DNA of 64,000 nucleotides from Piromyces finnis finn. Its lineage: Eukaryota; Fungi; Neocallimastigomycota. Below, piece after piece: positions 32,071 through 46,912 of the stretch. The stretch spans positions 868,001 through 932,000 of the forward strand of contig MCFH01000005.1 of assembly GCA_002104945.1 (NCBI GenBank), in the 5' to 3' direction. Under the pieces are notes generated by a model that worked only from the letters and a program-made list of their open reading frames with translations, had not been told where the DNA came from and did no database searches. The translations under genes and the position numbers were made by a program. Position 1 is the first letter of the stretch. The number at the start of each line of letters is the position of its first letter.

Positions 32071-32387
32071 ATCTTCTGACTCATTAAAAACATAATTAAT
32101 TTTTATCTAATATAGCAATAATCTTTCCACTTTTATTTTCTTTTTTAATATAAAAAAATTCCTTTAAATATAAACAAAATTAAACTCTAATATAAAACTC
32201 TTTGTTAAATACAAAAACAAAAACAACAACAACAAAAAAAAATTTACTATTTAATAATAATAATAATAAAAAAAAATGTAAAAAAGATAACTATTAAATA
32301 AATAAATATAAAATATAATAATCATATTCTTTTCAAGGTAAATATTTATTGTATTTAAATAAAAAGAGAAAAAGCTTTATTTTGGAT

Positions 32388-32390
32388 TAA

Positions 32391-32481
<91 letters not shown>

Positions 32482-32482
32482 G

Positions 32483-32513
<31 letters not shown>

Positions 32514-32576
32514 GTAAATAAATAAATAAGTAAATAAATAAATAATTAAATAAGTAAATAAGTAAATAAATAAATA
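32388..32576. repeat. (TAAA)n/(TAAG) microsatellite
   Basis: Tetranucleotide tandem repeat with variant units at the distal end. Confidence 0.95.
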
Positions 32577-34029
32577 TTTCTTTTAGTATTTATATTTTTA
32601 TATTTTTCATATATATATAAATAAAATTAAGATAACTTATAAATAATTCTCCTATATCATTATATTTTTTGATAATAATTTGATATATTTATAATTTCAA
32701 ATATAAGTTGTGGCTTTATATTGTATAACAAACATGATTGGCTAGTCATTTATATCATCCAATAATATTCATATTAATTCTTTTATGTCATCATTATTTT
32801 ATTAATATTTAATAATAGTTATAATTATTATTAAATATTATTTATATTTAAATTTTATATTATCAACTTTTTGTTAATATTTTTTATTATTTTTATAATT
32901 ATCAAATAATATAAAATATTTAATAAATAGAATAAATGTAAGAATATATATTTATATATATACCAATATACTATAATATATGATGCTAATCAATTAAAAT
33001 TGTGTATTTTGTTTTACTTTATAATATTAAAAAATTAAAAAAAGATTTTATTATATAAAATTTATACAAAAAAAAAAGTTAAAAAAAAAAATAGAATTTT
33101 TATAATATTTAAATTCTAATTCTAAAAAAAATATTTTGGTAAGCTTAAGTAAAAAAAAGAATCATTTTAAGTAATTGCAAATTTACCGAAATTAAAAAGT
33201 AAAAAAAAAAAAAAAAAGACAAAATGGAAAACATAATCATAATAACAATTAAAAGGATATTAATAAAAATAACATATAAAAAGTTAAATAAAGAAGTGAA
33301 ATTAAATATAACAAACATATAATAAACAGATGATATTTTATATACGAATCAATGAAAAAGTCAATTTTAATAATCAGGGATATTATTAATAATATACAAA
33401 CGAAAATCGATTACGGAAGAAATAATAAATTATATAAATTTCATATCTATATTTGAAAGAAAAGAAATATTTAAATAAATTTATACATTTATATAAATAT
33501 TGTTTTTATTATATATATAATATAACGAAATACAAAACAAAAACCTTCCAATATTATTTTATTATGAAATGATAAATTTAATTGAGACAGAAACAACAAT
33601 TAAAATTAAAAAAGGAGTGGTATTATTTTAAATTAATGTATAATTAAATGGAAATGGAATAAATATAATTAAATTTACATGATTATTATTCGACAATTAA
33701 ATAGTAAAAAATAATTATGAAAAAGCAGTAAATATAATTATAAAGATATGATAAAGAGAAATGTTCAAGAAATTATTTTTATAAAATATATGAGAATTAT
33801 TTATTTACATTTCAAAATATTAAAACAACAATATTTAATGCATATATTACATAAAATGATAATAAATAATTGTGGAAATTTATTAAAAATACAATATATT
33901 TATCAGTTATAGTAAAAACAAGATTATACTAATAAATTTTAATATATTTTCTTTTCAATATATTTTTTAATAATAAAGAAAATAAAAATAAATTTAAAAA
34001 ATAAAAAAAATAAAAAAAAATAAAAAATA

Positions 34030-34819
34030 ATGGACGCCGTTCTTCAAAGTAACACTTACTGCCCAGGTAATTATAGAAAATATATAAATTACTCGGTAGT
34101 ATTAATAATAAATGAGGTTATTAATTTTAAAATAAAAAACAATATACAAAAAATAGATTACGCTTCCTTCTTTGGTTTTGCCGGTGCTGCCCTTGCTACT
34201 ATTTTCAGTTCCATCGGTTCAGCTTACGGTACTGCTAAGGCTGGTATGGGTATTGCTGGTATGGGTACCTTTAGACCAGAACTTATCATGAAATCTTTAA
34301 TTCCTGGTAATTATAAATTTAAATATATAATATTAAGATAATAAATAGTAAAATGAAATATTAAATTGAATATTATATGCAATTATAATGACAAATAGTT
34401 GTTATGGCTGGTATTGTTGCTGTTTACGGTTTAGTCGTTTCAGTACTTATTTCTGGTCAAATAGAAGACAACAAGGCTTACTCTTTATTCTCTGGTTTCA
34501 TTCATATGTTCTCTGGTATCACCACCGGTTTAACTGGTGTCGCTTCAGGTTACGCTATTGGTATTGTTGGTGATTACTGTGTTCGTGGTTACGGTCAACA
34601 AGCCAAGTAAGAGATGTTTTATTATATAAAATTTAAGGCATTATTAATTAAATGCGTGAAAATTGAAAGTTATTAATATATGCATATTTAACAATATATA
34701 ATAGGTTATACGTTTCTATGGTTTTAATTCTTATTTTTGCTGAAGTTTTAGGTTTATACGGTCTTATTGTTTCTTTAATTATGAACACTAAAACTGATAA
34801 CACTATTTGCAAAGCCTAA
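34030..34819 (+). CDS. VMA11: V-type ATPase proteolipid subunit c' (Vma11-like); 4 exons
   Basis: Exons 34030-34066, 34157-34306, 34399-34606 and 34705-34819. [24 protein letters not shown] is closer to Vma11 than to Vma3; the TM4 Glu is present in [11 protein letters not shown]. Confidence 0.88.
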
Positions 34820-36698
34820 AATGTTCATAATATTTATTCTATTTAATTTAATACAAAAAAAATTAAAAATATATATATAATAAATTAGAGAAAAGTTAAA
34901 AAAAAAATAAATTCAAGAAATGAACAAAATAAAAAGAAAATGAAGAAAATAAATTAAAGCTTTTTATATCTTGATTATTTTTTTCTTTTCCTTTTAAGAT
35001 ATTATAAGGAAAGAAAAAGATAAGAAAAATATGCTATAATAGTGCTTTTTTTTTTTTTCATTTATGTTTTTTAATAATATTATAAAAATTAAATTAATTC
35101 ACAATAAAACTTAAGCATAAAAATAATAAAAAAAAATCTATATAAACTAATAATAATAACTTAATAATAACAAAAAAATATAAATCAAAAAACAAAACAA
35201 TTCAATAACAAAAACAAATTTATTTATATATATAATATAAAATCAATATAGAAAAACCTTTTTTTTTTTTTTTTTTAAAAAAAATTATAATAATAAAAAG
35301 AACAATAATAATAAATTTTTTTTAAAAAATAAGAAAAAATAATTTATAACAGAAAATTGAAATGAACAAATTTAGTATTATTATTATTGTTATTGTTATT
35401 ATTAAATTTTTTTTATTTCAAATAAAAATGAATTTATTTATTTTTAAACAATAGCTTTTATTTTGTTATTTATATATTTTGATGATAGTAATATTGGAAA
35501 TTAACTATAAAGGAAAAGAAAGTTTATAATAATGAAATAGATAAATATTAAATTATATATTATTTAGAGTCTGTTTGTAGGAATAATTAAGTTTTTGGCT
35601 TTATTTGTTGTTAAAAAACAAAACAAAACAAAAGTAAATTAGTTTAAATAGAATAATGGAACGAAAAATTTTGATAATTAAAGTCAGGCACTTTTTTTTT
35701 TTTCTCTGAAATTATATACCTTGTAATATATGCAATTAATGGTTGATATTCGGTCAATTATATGTAATAGCCAAGAACATCAATTATAAAACAAATCTTA
35801 ACAAATTGCGATTTTAAATTTTAATTATATCTGAATTTACAAATTACAATTAGATTTAAATATTCAGAAATAATAATAATAAAACAAAACAACCCTTTTT
35901 ATTTTTTTATTTTATTTTTTTAAAGGTATAAAAATTTTTTACTTGTTTAAAACTGCTATTTATTTTAGTTGGTATCATCATTATTTTATTATTTATATTA
36001 GAGAAATTTATAGGCTAAAGTTATTACCATTAATATAAAAATCAATGAAGAACTTTATAATTTATTTAATATAATCGAGAATAAAAGGATAAATGATATT
36101 TAATTACAAATTGTATAATTAAGTAAATGTAAACTTTAGATAATATATAAACAGAAGTTTATTATATAGTAATTTAGTAATTAATACATAATTACCATAA
36201 TATATTTTTGAAAAGAAGAAATAATAGTATTATAATAATTATTTAAATTCACCAAACATTTTAAAAGAAGATATTAAATAATTTTATTAAATATTATTAA
36301 TTATTATTGTAATTTATATATAATTAAAAAGAAATTTGGGATAAACCTTTTTTTTTTTTTTTTTTAATTATTAATGCTTATATACATCTACATCTACATA
36401 TATATATATATATTTAATAGTAATTTTAAAAGTTTTTTTTTTTTTTTTTTTTTTTTCTTTTTATTTAAAAATAAATAAGATATATAGACAGAATTTCATT
36501 AAAAAAATAATTATTATTTAACATATTAATACATAAAAAAAAAAAAAATGCAAAGTAATATATAATTTTATTAATTCTAAGATACTCTAGTTTTTTTTTT
36601 TATACTCAACTTCCTTTTTTTTTTTTTTTTTTTTTTTTAATCATTATCATAAAATTTATATTAATATAGCTCAAATTATTATAAATGATAAAAAAAAT

Positions 36699-37874
36699 AT
36701 GGAAATGGAGGATTATTTATACGAAAAGAAAAAGAAATTTGAGATGATGAAAAATAGAAACAAAATTATGAAAAGTAATAGTAATTTAAGTAGTAAAGAA
36801 ATTAATTTACAAACTCGTCAATGTGAAAGAAGAATTTTAAAAAATTATGATTTCAAGTCAAAAAGTACTGATTTGGCACCTATGAAACAAAAAGTAATGT
36901 TAAAAAAGAGACAAAGTACAGAAAAAAGTTTAACAATAAATCATTCAGAAAATGATGATAGCTGTTTTACAAATACTATTTATTTACAAGAAGATGAATT
37001 TTCATTGGATGGAAAAATGAATAAAACCAATCTACTTGAAAATGCAATTCAAAGTTCAGATGAAACTATTAATAATATTAATTTAGATTTAGATGATATA
37101 TTTATTTCAAAAAGAGAATCAAGTTTAAGTTTTCAACAAACCCCATCAATAGAAAGCTTTTTTATTGAAATGGGATCTTCCCTTCAGGATTCAACATCAA
37201 TAATAAAGGATGGTGTTAGTAGTTATGGTGGACTTAATCAAAAACAAAATAGTAATTCAACCATAGTTGAAACCGGAAAACTTCAGAAGAAAAAATCACT
37301 TTCATCTTTTTTACAAACCAGTGGTTTATTTAAGAGAGTAAAATCATTAATCCAAACAGATGATATGAATGTTAGTGATACAACCTCACTATCTCATAAT
37401 CATAGATCCTTATCTACTAATAATTTTATAGCTAATGTAGATATGGAATCAAAACACAAAAAAAAATCAAGAAGTAAATCAAGAGATAGATTTAATTCTA
37501 CGGATGAAAAATTATCATCTAATGAAAACAACAATGCCTCCTCAATAAAATCTCATAAAAAGACATTTAGTTTAAGTAGCTTTAAACTTAAACCATCTAA
37601 ATCGAACGTTTCTATTAATAATGATCGTCATTCTATTAATAGTAATACTACTGCTGTCGAATCATCAAAAAAATCTCTAACACACCGAGATTCAGTAACA
37701 AAATCCATTATGAAAAAAATTAATAGTTTATCAAAAATAAACAAAATTGAAAATTTCAGTATGATGGGAAGTAGAAAAGCTTCTTCTACTTCATTTAACA
37801 ATCATCATAATGACGATGATTCTCCTGATCATGAAAAAAAATTTTTATTTAGTAAGTTAAAAATAAATAAATAA
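36699..37874 (+). CDS. Hypothetical Ser/Lys-rich, probably disordered protein (391 aa)
   Basis: Long stop-free ORF with coding-like composition in otherwise very AT-rich DNA; no recognisable domain. Confidence 0.75.
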   Translation: MEMEDYLYEKKKKFEMMKNRNKIMKSNSNLSSKEINLQTRQCERRILKNYDFKSKSTDLAPMKQKVMLKKRQSTEKSLTINHSENDDSCFTNTIYLQEDEFSLDGKMNKTNLLENAIQSSDETINNINLDLDDIFISKRESSLSFQQTPSIESFFIEMGSSLQDSTSIIKDGVSSYGGLNQKQNSNSTIVETGKLQKKKSLSSFLQTSGLFKRVKSLIQTDDMNVSDTTSLSHNHRSLSTNNFIANVDMESKHKKKSRSKSRDRFNSTDEKLSSNENNNASSIKSHKKTFSLSSFKLKPSKSNVSINNDRHSINSNTTAVESSKKSLTHRDSVTKSIMKKINSLSKINKIENFSMMGSRKASSTSFNNHHNDDDSPDHEKKFLFSKLKINK

Positions 37875-39513
37875 TTATTCGTTTATATTTGAAAAAAAAA
37901 AAATAATAATAATATTGAAATATGTTTTATAATAATCATTACTAAATTTTATTATTATTACCTTTAATTATTACTATAATATAAACTATTATAAATTATT
38001 TTCAATAAAAAAAAAATAAATAAAACTCAAAATTATCATCATTAATATACAAAAAAAAAAAATAATAATTATACAGTTAAAAAGAAGGAAAAGAAAACAA
38101 ATAAAAAATTGGAACGTGTATTTTATTAAAAATTATAACAGTAAAATAATCTTTTCAGTAATAAATTAAAATATGAAAAAGAAAATTAAGAAATACTTTT
38201 CAAAAGCAATGAAAATACAATCAAACTTTCAAATTTTAGTAGTCAAAAAAAAAAAGAGAAGAAATACGTTAAGAAAATATCAGTAGTGTTATATATATAT
38301 ATATATATATTTTTTTTTTTACAAAATTTTAACTTATTGAATATAAATATTTTGAAGGTTTTTTTTTTTATTTTGAAAATGTTGTCATTACCCTTCTAAA
38401 TACCTTCAAATATATTCAAAAAAAAAATTATGATTTTAGGTTTAAATTTGAATATTAATATCAATATCACTCGTAAAAAAAAAAAAAAAAAAAAAAGAAA
38501 CAATACAATTTTAATTAATCAATAGCAATATATACCTAATATAATTTATTTTTTAAAAATAATTTTATTTTATATTTATTATAAAATTAAAAAAAAAAAA
38601 AAAAAAGAATCACATATATTTATAGTATTATATAAAATTAAAATAATAATGCAGCTATTTTAATCATTTTTTTTAAATAGTTATTTGAATATTATATCCA
38701 AATAATTTGATTAGAAGCAGTAATAATGCTAATTACTTTTTTATATTATTATTTTTTATAGTAATTATATATAGATATTTTTGAAACTAAATAATATAAA
38801 AATTTTGATACACTTTAAAAAAATAAATTATAATAAAATAATATTTTAGATTTTTAATTTCTATTGTATAATTTCTCTTTTATTTTATCCCAACTTTAAT
38901 TAACTTTTATTATGTTTAATTTTTATTTATTTATTTATTGTTACTAGTTTTTATTTTGTTTTTATAATATGGATTTCAAATTTAATACCAATCTTATTAA
39001 TCTCTTTAAATTTATAAAATTAAAATTTAAAAAAAAAAAAATGCTTTATTTTTTTATTTTAAATTATAAATTACTACATATTTTAATTGTTATTTCTATT
39101 ATGATTTGTTATATTTTTATTTTATTTTATATTGATAAATGATTGCTTATGAATATATATATTCATATATTTATACATATATTATTTATTGTTATTAAAA
39201 GATAGTATATTTTTCTTTAAAGAATTATATATATATATATAAAAGAATTGAAATTTTGAAGATATTTAAATGATTGCCGAAAAACTTTAAAAAAAAAAAT
39301 TTTTTTTTAATATTATGATTAGTATTAATAATAATCGTGGTATATATTTTGTATAATAAATATTCAACAAGTAGTTTCTTATTAAATTTATATATAAAAA
39401 TGTAGGAAAAGAAAAATTATTGAAAACCAAAAAAAAAAAAATAAAATAAAATAAAATATTTATAAATGATGAAATAATAAAAGTTTTAAGGCTATAGTAT
39501 TAAAAGCTTTCTT

Positions 39514-42419
39514 TCAATCCACATTGTGAGATTTATGGAAAAATGTATTTCTTACTTTTGTTTGAACTTTTCTATAATTACTTTGAATAAAAGTACTAAT
39601 ATTCTTTATAATACCATCATTGTTGTTAAAATTAAATCCAGTCCTTATTTTGTGGAAAAAGGAATCATTATATTTTCTTATATCATGTTCATCTCCTTCC
39701 ATTTCTGTTGGTTTTTTACATTTTACATGAATAATAAATATAAGTGTAATCAATAGAATAAGTGTTGCTATGATAGAAGCTAATAGTTTATAATCACCAG
39801 ATGGAAAAATGGCTGAAAAATAATCAAAAATAGAATCACTATATAAATTAGCAGGATCTGAAGGTCTAGTAACTAAAGAACCAGCCGAGACAAGTGTTAC
39901 ATTTGGAAATTGTTCAAGAACAGTTTGTCTTCTTTTTTCTATCCATTCTTTAATACCATATCCAATACTGTAAACACTATCATCAATATTTTTTATGGAT
40001 TCATCAATACTCCATCTTGGTTCAATTAAAGTAATAGTTGTATTTTTTTTAATAATAATTGTAGTATCAATAGTACTATTGCTTGGAAATCCATTAGCAT
40101 CTTTATCTGTAACTTCCTCAATGGTTTCTTTCACTTCAATTTCTTCTATAATACTAGTTTTTGAATGATAAGGCCTTTTTTCCCTTTCTAGTTTTAAATC
40201 AAATTCAATCACACTTTTAAGAGAATCAATAAATGGAAAAATACATTCAGGATTAAATAAAATTTCTATAATTAAATTTAGTGTGGATATAAATAATTGT
40301 TTTAAATATGGAATAGACATAATCATTTTAATTAAAGGATCTTCTGGATTCTCAGGTGGTCGCCATTCCGTACAATTAGTTTTATAAGTATATCCATTTT
40401 CTTTATATTTATATCCTAAAGATGAAGTAAAATCTACAGGGAAAATAATATATCTTTTTAATGCTGGGTGATAATAAATTAGAAAATTTGAAGGGTTTCT
40501 CCAATAACTATGATAGCGCCCTAATAAATAGTCCATTGCTAATCTATTTAAATATAATCATTGATAACAATAATAATAAGAGTTAAATTAATTATTATTT
40601 TTTTTTAATAATAACCTTATATAAATAATAATTAAATCTTATGAATAGTTACAGCCTTATAAAAATATCCAATTCAAAAATATTATAAATAGAATGAATT
40701 ATTTCTTCATTATCATTCAAAGTATAAATGTCTGTTTGATTTATTAATTTCATTAAATTTATTAATTGTGTAAAACTTTCATCCTTCGAACCGTTCATAG
40801 TTCCATTGATTTTACAATCCCAAGTTTCATTCCAGTTAGGATAACTTGATGCATTATCATCTATATAATTTAGACTTACATTATAAACACCTTTATAAGG
40901 AATAGCTTGAAAAAGAGGACCAATTTCAGGCTTTTTACCTTTTTGATGAAATAAATCTCTTATATAAGTTTTTTTCAATGTATCCTCTAGAAAGTATAAA
41001 CCATAATATTCACTAATAGTTTTTTTTTTTTCAAAAATAAAAATAATAAATAAATAAAGCGTATATATAAGTAATATTTACAAAATTACATATAATTATT
41101 ATTAATGTGCATATTAATAAATTACAATTAACTTTGAAAAATAAAAGCATACCTATTAATATATAGTCTAGCAAATCCACCTCGAACTGAAGGTATACCT
41201 ACTTTTTTTAATAATTCAAGACTAATAGGTTCACGAAGCATTGTTGCATCATTAGGAAAGGCTTTTAATTTTATTTTTCGAAGACCAAAATCTAAATCTT
41301 CATCTTCATCCCCTTTAAATACTATTTTGAAAGATTGTTTAGTAAACATCCTAGAATAATTACCAGCAATTGAAAGTTCCCAACCATCATTGTTAAGGTT
41401 TTTAACAAAATTATTGCTATAAAAAATATTTTATTTATTGAAATAGGAAATGGTGATATATAATTATATATATAATAAATTTAAAATTTAATATTTATTA
41501 AAATTAAAAAAAAAAAAAAAAAAACATATCTAATAGTACGCTATAAAACTGTAAATCTTTAATAATAAGTTAATTACCCAATATAAATTCCTCTAAATGG
41601 TACTTTTATATCACTGTGTGGTTGCTCATTCATTAAATTTAACAATGATACATTCTCTTCATTTACAGTAAGATCAAGCGTACCTACATAATCTAGGTTG
41701 AATATTTTAGAACTACAAGGTTCATAGACACTTTCCCATATTTCAGGTAAAAACGTCACTTTTTCAGTTGAAGGTCTTTTAAAAAATTCATTATCTGTAT
41801 TATATTCCATTCCAGGTGTAATATTCATATGACGTTCAAAATTCTCTATATTCGATTCATTACAATATCCATAATGATATCCTAATTCAATTTCATTTTT
41901 TATATTTTTTAAAAATACATCACATACATATATTGGATGCTTTAATTCACAATTGTATTTTATATTATTTATAAATACACACATATCCTGTTGAACATCT
42001 CCATATGCCAATAAATTATAATTTATATGTACGAAATCCACCGGTTGTTCAGCATTAGCTTTTATTATAATAATTAATTTTAAAATTTAAGTAAAAGAAA
42101 ATATATATATAATATTAATAATCATTCTTTATATATATAAAATTTTAATTGTTATGCAACAATACCATATAAAAAAGAAACTTTAAATATTTCTATAAAA
42201 AATTAAAATAAAATTTGAAATTGAAATATATATATATAAATGGATATATAGAAAAGAAGAAATAAAAAATAATTATTGTTAATGTTAATAAGAATAATAA
42301 GATATATATTTTCAATTTTTATATAATTCCTAAAAATAATTACTCGAGATAGATATCGATAGAATCTTTAAAAAAAGGATAAAAGATATTATATTTATTT
42401 TATTTTTTATTATCTTCAT
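39514..42419 (-). CDS. cotH: CotH-family kinase-like protein with signal peptide and C-terminal transmembrane helix; ~6 exons
   Basis: Spliced product MKIIKNKINIISFILFLKILSISIS..., KQSFKIVF, LRKIKLKAFPNDATMLRE, ARLYIN.EYYGLYFLED, YWRNPSNFLIYY, IIFPVDF, and hydrophobic LLASIIATLILLITLIFIIHV. Confidence 0.85.
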
Positions 42420-43306
42420 TATTGTTTATATATAATGTGAATATTGACTGGGGAAACGATAGTGTAATAATTATTGAAAATATTAAAATTAATTATTTTA
42501 CAAAATGAATTATTTACAATGAAGGCTTTATTCGTTAATTTTCATTTAATTATTTTTATGAAATGTATTTGTAATTTTTTTTTTTTTTTGTTTTTAGTTT
42601 TTTTGTTTTATTTTATTTTAATGAAAATATAATTTTATTATATTTATATTATTTGTTGACAAATGTATTTTCGTAGTTTTTTTTTTCTTGTTAATTCTTG
42701 AGAATATATTTGAAATTTCGGTAAAATTTTGGATATTATTAATTACACAATGATGTTTTCCACGGATATAATTATGTAATTAAATAAGAATCCTATATTG
42801 AACTAATAAATTTTAAATGAATAATAATGGTTACTCTCCAAAATTGTTTTTTTATTCTTATATAAATGTTTTTAATATATTTATCAGATTTATTTTTCAC
42901 TATTATTACTAATATTATTAATATACTATTTTAAATTTTATTTTTATTTATTGTGAATGTTCTTTTCTAAAGTATTGGTTGTCTTTCATTCACTTGATTT
43001 AATAAAAAATTACTAATTTTATATATATATATATATATTGTTTGTTGTTAATTAATATTCAAAATAAAAAAAAAGAAAAAAAAAATATAAAACTTGATAA
43101 TAAAGATGAATATTAATTTGTAATATCTTAATAATTATAAATCTAAATAATTAATATTTTTCATTTTTACTTAATTATAATGCCTTAAAAAAAAGAGGCA
43201 ATTTTTTTTTAATATAACTTATTACTTATTACAATATATTGTAATATATTTATTAAACTATCGATTCCAACTTTTCAGCTAGTCATAAATTTTTTATTCA
43301 CACTAG

Positions 43307-43423
<117 letters not shown>

Positions 43424-44460
43424 TTCTATATAATAAATATAAAACAATTCAATTCTATTAATTATACTGTTCTATATATTAAATTATACTTAATTACATT
43501 TAATTGTTGTATTATTATTTAATTAAATCATTTAATAAGTCAATTTTTAGAAATTTTATTATATAGTATTTTCTTTATATATTATATAGTATATAGTACA
43601 ATACATTTAATATTGAAACTTTTTTAAAGTTTTGAGCTTATTTTTTAATCATAAATTTAAATATATATAAAAAAAGTCCCTGCGCCATTATAAATATATA
43701 ATTGAAAAATGAAAAGGAAAAAAAAAAAAAAAGGATTTAATAGTATATTTATTAATTATACTATAATTTAGATTAGATTTCTTTTTTATATATTAATTTT
43801 ATTTTTAATTTTACTTTTTTTCAATTTCTTAATTTAAAAAATAGGTTTGATTCATTTCTATCTTTTTAATTTTTGTTATGAATATATATATATTTTTATA
43901 CATTACCAATTACTGCATTACTGTTTTATGTTATATATATTATATAAAATATTTTTTTTTATATAAACACTTTTTTTTTTTTTTTTTTAATTTTATATAT
44001 ATTAATTTAATTTCATTTTATTGAGATGTGTTCTTGTTTTAATAAAAAATTTTAACATAAATACACAATGATAAAAAAAAATAAAGTACTTTTAAAAACT
44101 GAATATTATAAAAAATTTATAAAAATAAAAATTAAAAAAATATATATATAGATGATAATTTGATTTTTTTTTTTTTGTTTTTTTGTTTTTTTGTTTTGTT
44201 TTGTTTTGTTCGTCTTTTTTGTTGTTACGGAGATAGTAAAATCGAATAATGAATCTTTTTTTTTTTTTAATAAAGTAATTTGAAATTAATATATATTTGG
44301 TCTTTTTTTTTGTTGTTGTTGTTATAATATTAATCATGCATTATTAATATTACAAATAATGTTTCTTCTGTTTCTCTTTTTTTATTTTTTTTTCTAAAAA
44401 GTATATATTTTAATGATTATAACAAAAAAATAAATAAAGAGATTGGAATAACCATATATA

Positions 44461-46300
44461 TTAGAGTCTATCACACCAATGATTAATTGGTACACAGGTA
44501 ATATATTTACACCATTTGCATGAAGTTTTATCTTCTTGATAGAATGCTTTAAATACCCATACAAACATACCAATTAAAATAGGTATAGATATAACCATTA
44601 AGAATCTTTTTCTACGAAGATCCCATTTCCCAAAAATAATAGTTGGCATAAATATTAATCCAGAGAAAATACCAGTAATAAAGCCTCCTACGTGAGCAAA
44701 GTTATCAACAAATGGTATTAAACCAATACCAAATGAGAAAATAATAATAAATAACATCTTGATAAGTTCTTTAAATGGATTTACAATTAATTTCCAGTTT
44801 TGAACTAAATCAAGTAATAAGCAACCAAGTAAACCTTTATTTTTTTAAAAAAAAAAAAGATTAATAAAAGAGTTTTTATTTTTATATGATATTATATATT
44901 ATTTCTTTCTTTTTTATTATACATATTTTTAGTATTATTTAATTTACCATAAAGTGCACCAGAACAACCAACAGATGGAATAGCATAACTGATATCAGCA
45001 CCAAATGCAAAACCAAATATACCACTAGCCATATAAATAATCATCATTCTCCAAGTACCAAAATCTCTTTCCATTTGAATACCCGTACGAATTTGGAAAA
45101 TTAAATTGATTATAATATGAATAATACCACAATGTAAAAATATTGGAACAATAAAACGAATCCATTGATTAGGAGTATCTTCAAAACCGCCCATACCACA
45201 TAATTCACTTCGACTACAAAGATTTTCAGTAATTAATTTTCGAGTAGCGCTATTGATATATCCCTTATCATTAACAATGGAACCTTTTACACCTCTTGGA
45301 CATATATTAATAGTATAATTACTTGCTCTTGCTTCATCCATTTGTTTCATACATGGAACAAATCTAGCACCCATATGAATTAAAACCTAACATCCAAATT
45401 TATTATTATAGGATATTAAAAATAAAATAAAATTTTTAAAATTTATTTCAACTATAATTGACTCTTATTTCAAAAAAATATTTCTAAAACTTTAATCCAT
45501 CTGTTATATATACTTACACCATAGTTTGGACCAAGCATAATATTATTTTGCATATTATCAAAAAGATTTCCAGTATATCTATAGTTGATAATAAGACAAA
45601 TAATCATTAATAATATTTGAATAATGGTAACCGTGTACATGAAGATTGGTTTGTGTTGCTTTAATTCTTCTAATTGTTTACGAACTTCTGGATCGTATAA
45701 TGCCTTTGGGATTTTTGATTTTCTTTTTTCCTCATCTTCTTCTTTATTTCTTTTTATTCTTGGTTTTGGTTGTTGTTCATCTGTATCAATATATACTTCA
45801 CCTTTTGCAGCAGCTTCTTGCTGGAGTCTAAGTTTTTCTTGTAGTTTTTGTTGTTGTATTTCACGGTGTCTTTGTTCAAGTTCTTGTTCATAGGCTGAAA
45901 GCTGAGGTTTTTGTTGAATTTGTTCATCACTTGAACTTGGTTTTAAAGGACTACCTACTCTACCTTCTAATTGTTGTTGTGATTTATCTTTTGGGTCTAT
46001 TACTTTATTTAATCTTTTATAAGTATCTGATCTTTGGAAAAAAGTTCTACCCATTGGTTGTGAATTTTCATCAAATTGAACATCATCAGCATTAATCCAT
46101 TTCCAAGCACCTGTACCTGCACGTTTTAAACCAGTTCCTGTTCTTTTTAAACCAACTGTACCGGCACGTTTTAAACCTGTACCTGCACGTTTAAGGCCAG
46201 TACCAGCTCTTTTGATTTCAGTACCAGCCCTTCTTAATGATTTCATTGTATTGGAACGTTTAACATTTATAGTTGTATTAGAACGCTCTAATTCCGCCAT
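44461..46300 (-). CDS. Rhomboid-family intramembrane serine protease (catalytically intact); 3 exons
   Basis: WIRFIVPIFLHCGIIH, QMERDFGTWR, VGCSGALYG (GxSG) and DNFAHVGGF (catalytic His). Exons ~46300-45518, 45386-44947 and 44834-44461. Confidence 0.92.
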
Positions 46301-46881
46301 TTTGAATTTATCTTTAAATTAATTAATTACAAAATAAATAGTGCTGTTTATGTTTATATATACAAACTATTGTTTGGAAGTAATATTAATACTTTTTATA
46401 ATAAAGTCTATCCTTTTTTATTGTCGTTTATTTTAATTTACAAAATAAAACAATAATTTATTCCTTTATAACTTATAAGCAAATAAGTAAAAAGGTATAT
46501 GAATCGTTTAAATAACTTTAAAAAATTGTTTTTAAAAAAAAAGGAATAGTAATATTTGAATTTGAAAATAGAATTTAATTCCTTTGGTAATAAATTCAAG
46601 TTTTTTTTTCTTTTCTTTTCGTCGTTTTTTATAATTATAAATAACTATTTGAATAAAATAAGCTCGTAAAATTTTCTTCCTCTAGTGTAATATTAAAAAC
46701 TAAAGTCAACTAGATGTTTTATTAAAATTATTACTAGTTTGTTTTTTAATGTTATTTTTTATTTTTCTTTTTGAATGTTTTTCATAATCTTGTTTTTCTA
46801 TTTCATTATTTATTTATTATGGATTTGTTTTCGTTTCTTTCGTTTTTCCTAATTTTTCATTTACATTGATATATTTAAAGC

Positions 46882-46912
<31 letters not shown>

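Noticed and set aside
42448-42453. CTGGGG matching the CreA/Mig1 SYGGRG site near the CotH start
   Set aside because: A single 6-mer ~30 bp from the ATG is not enough evidence.
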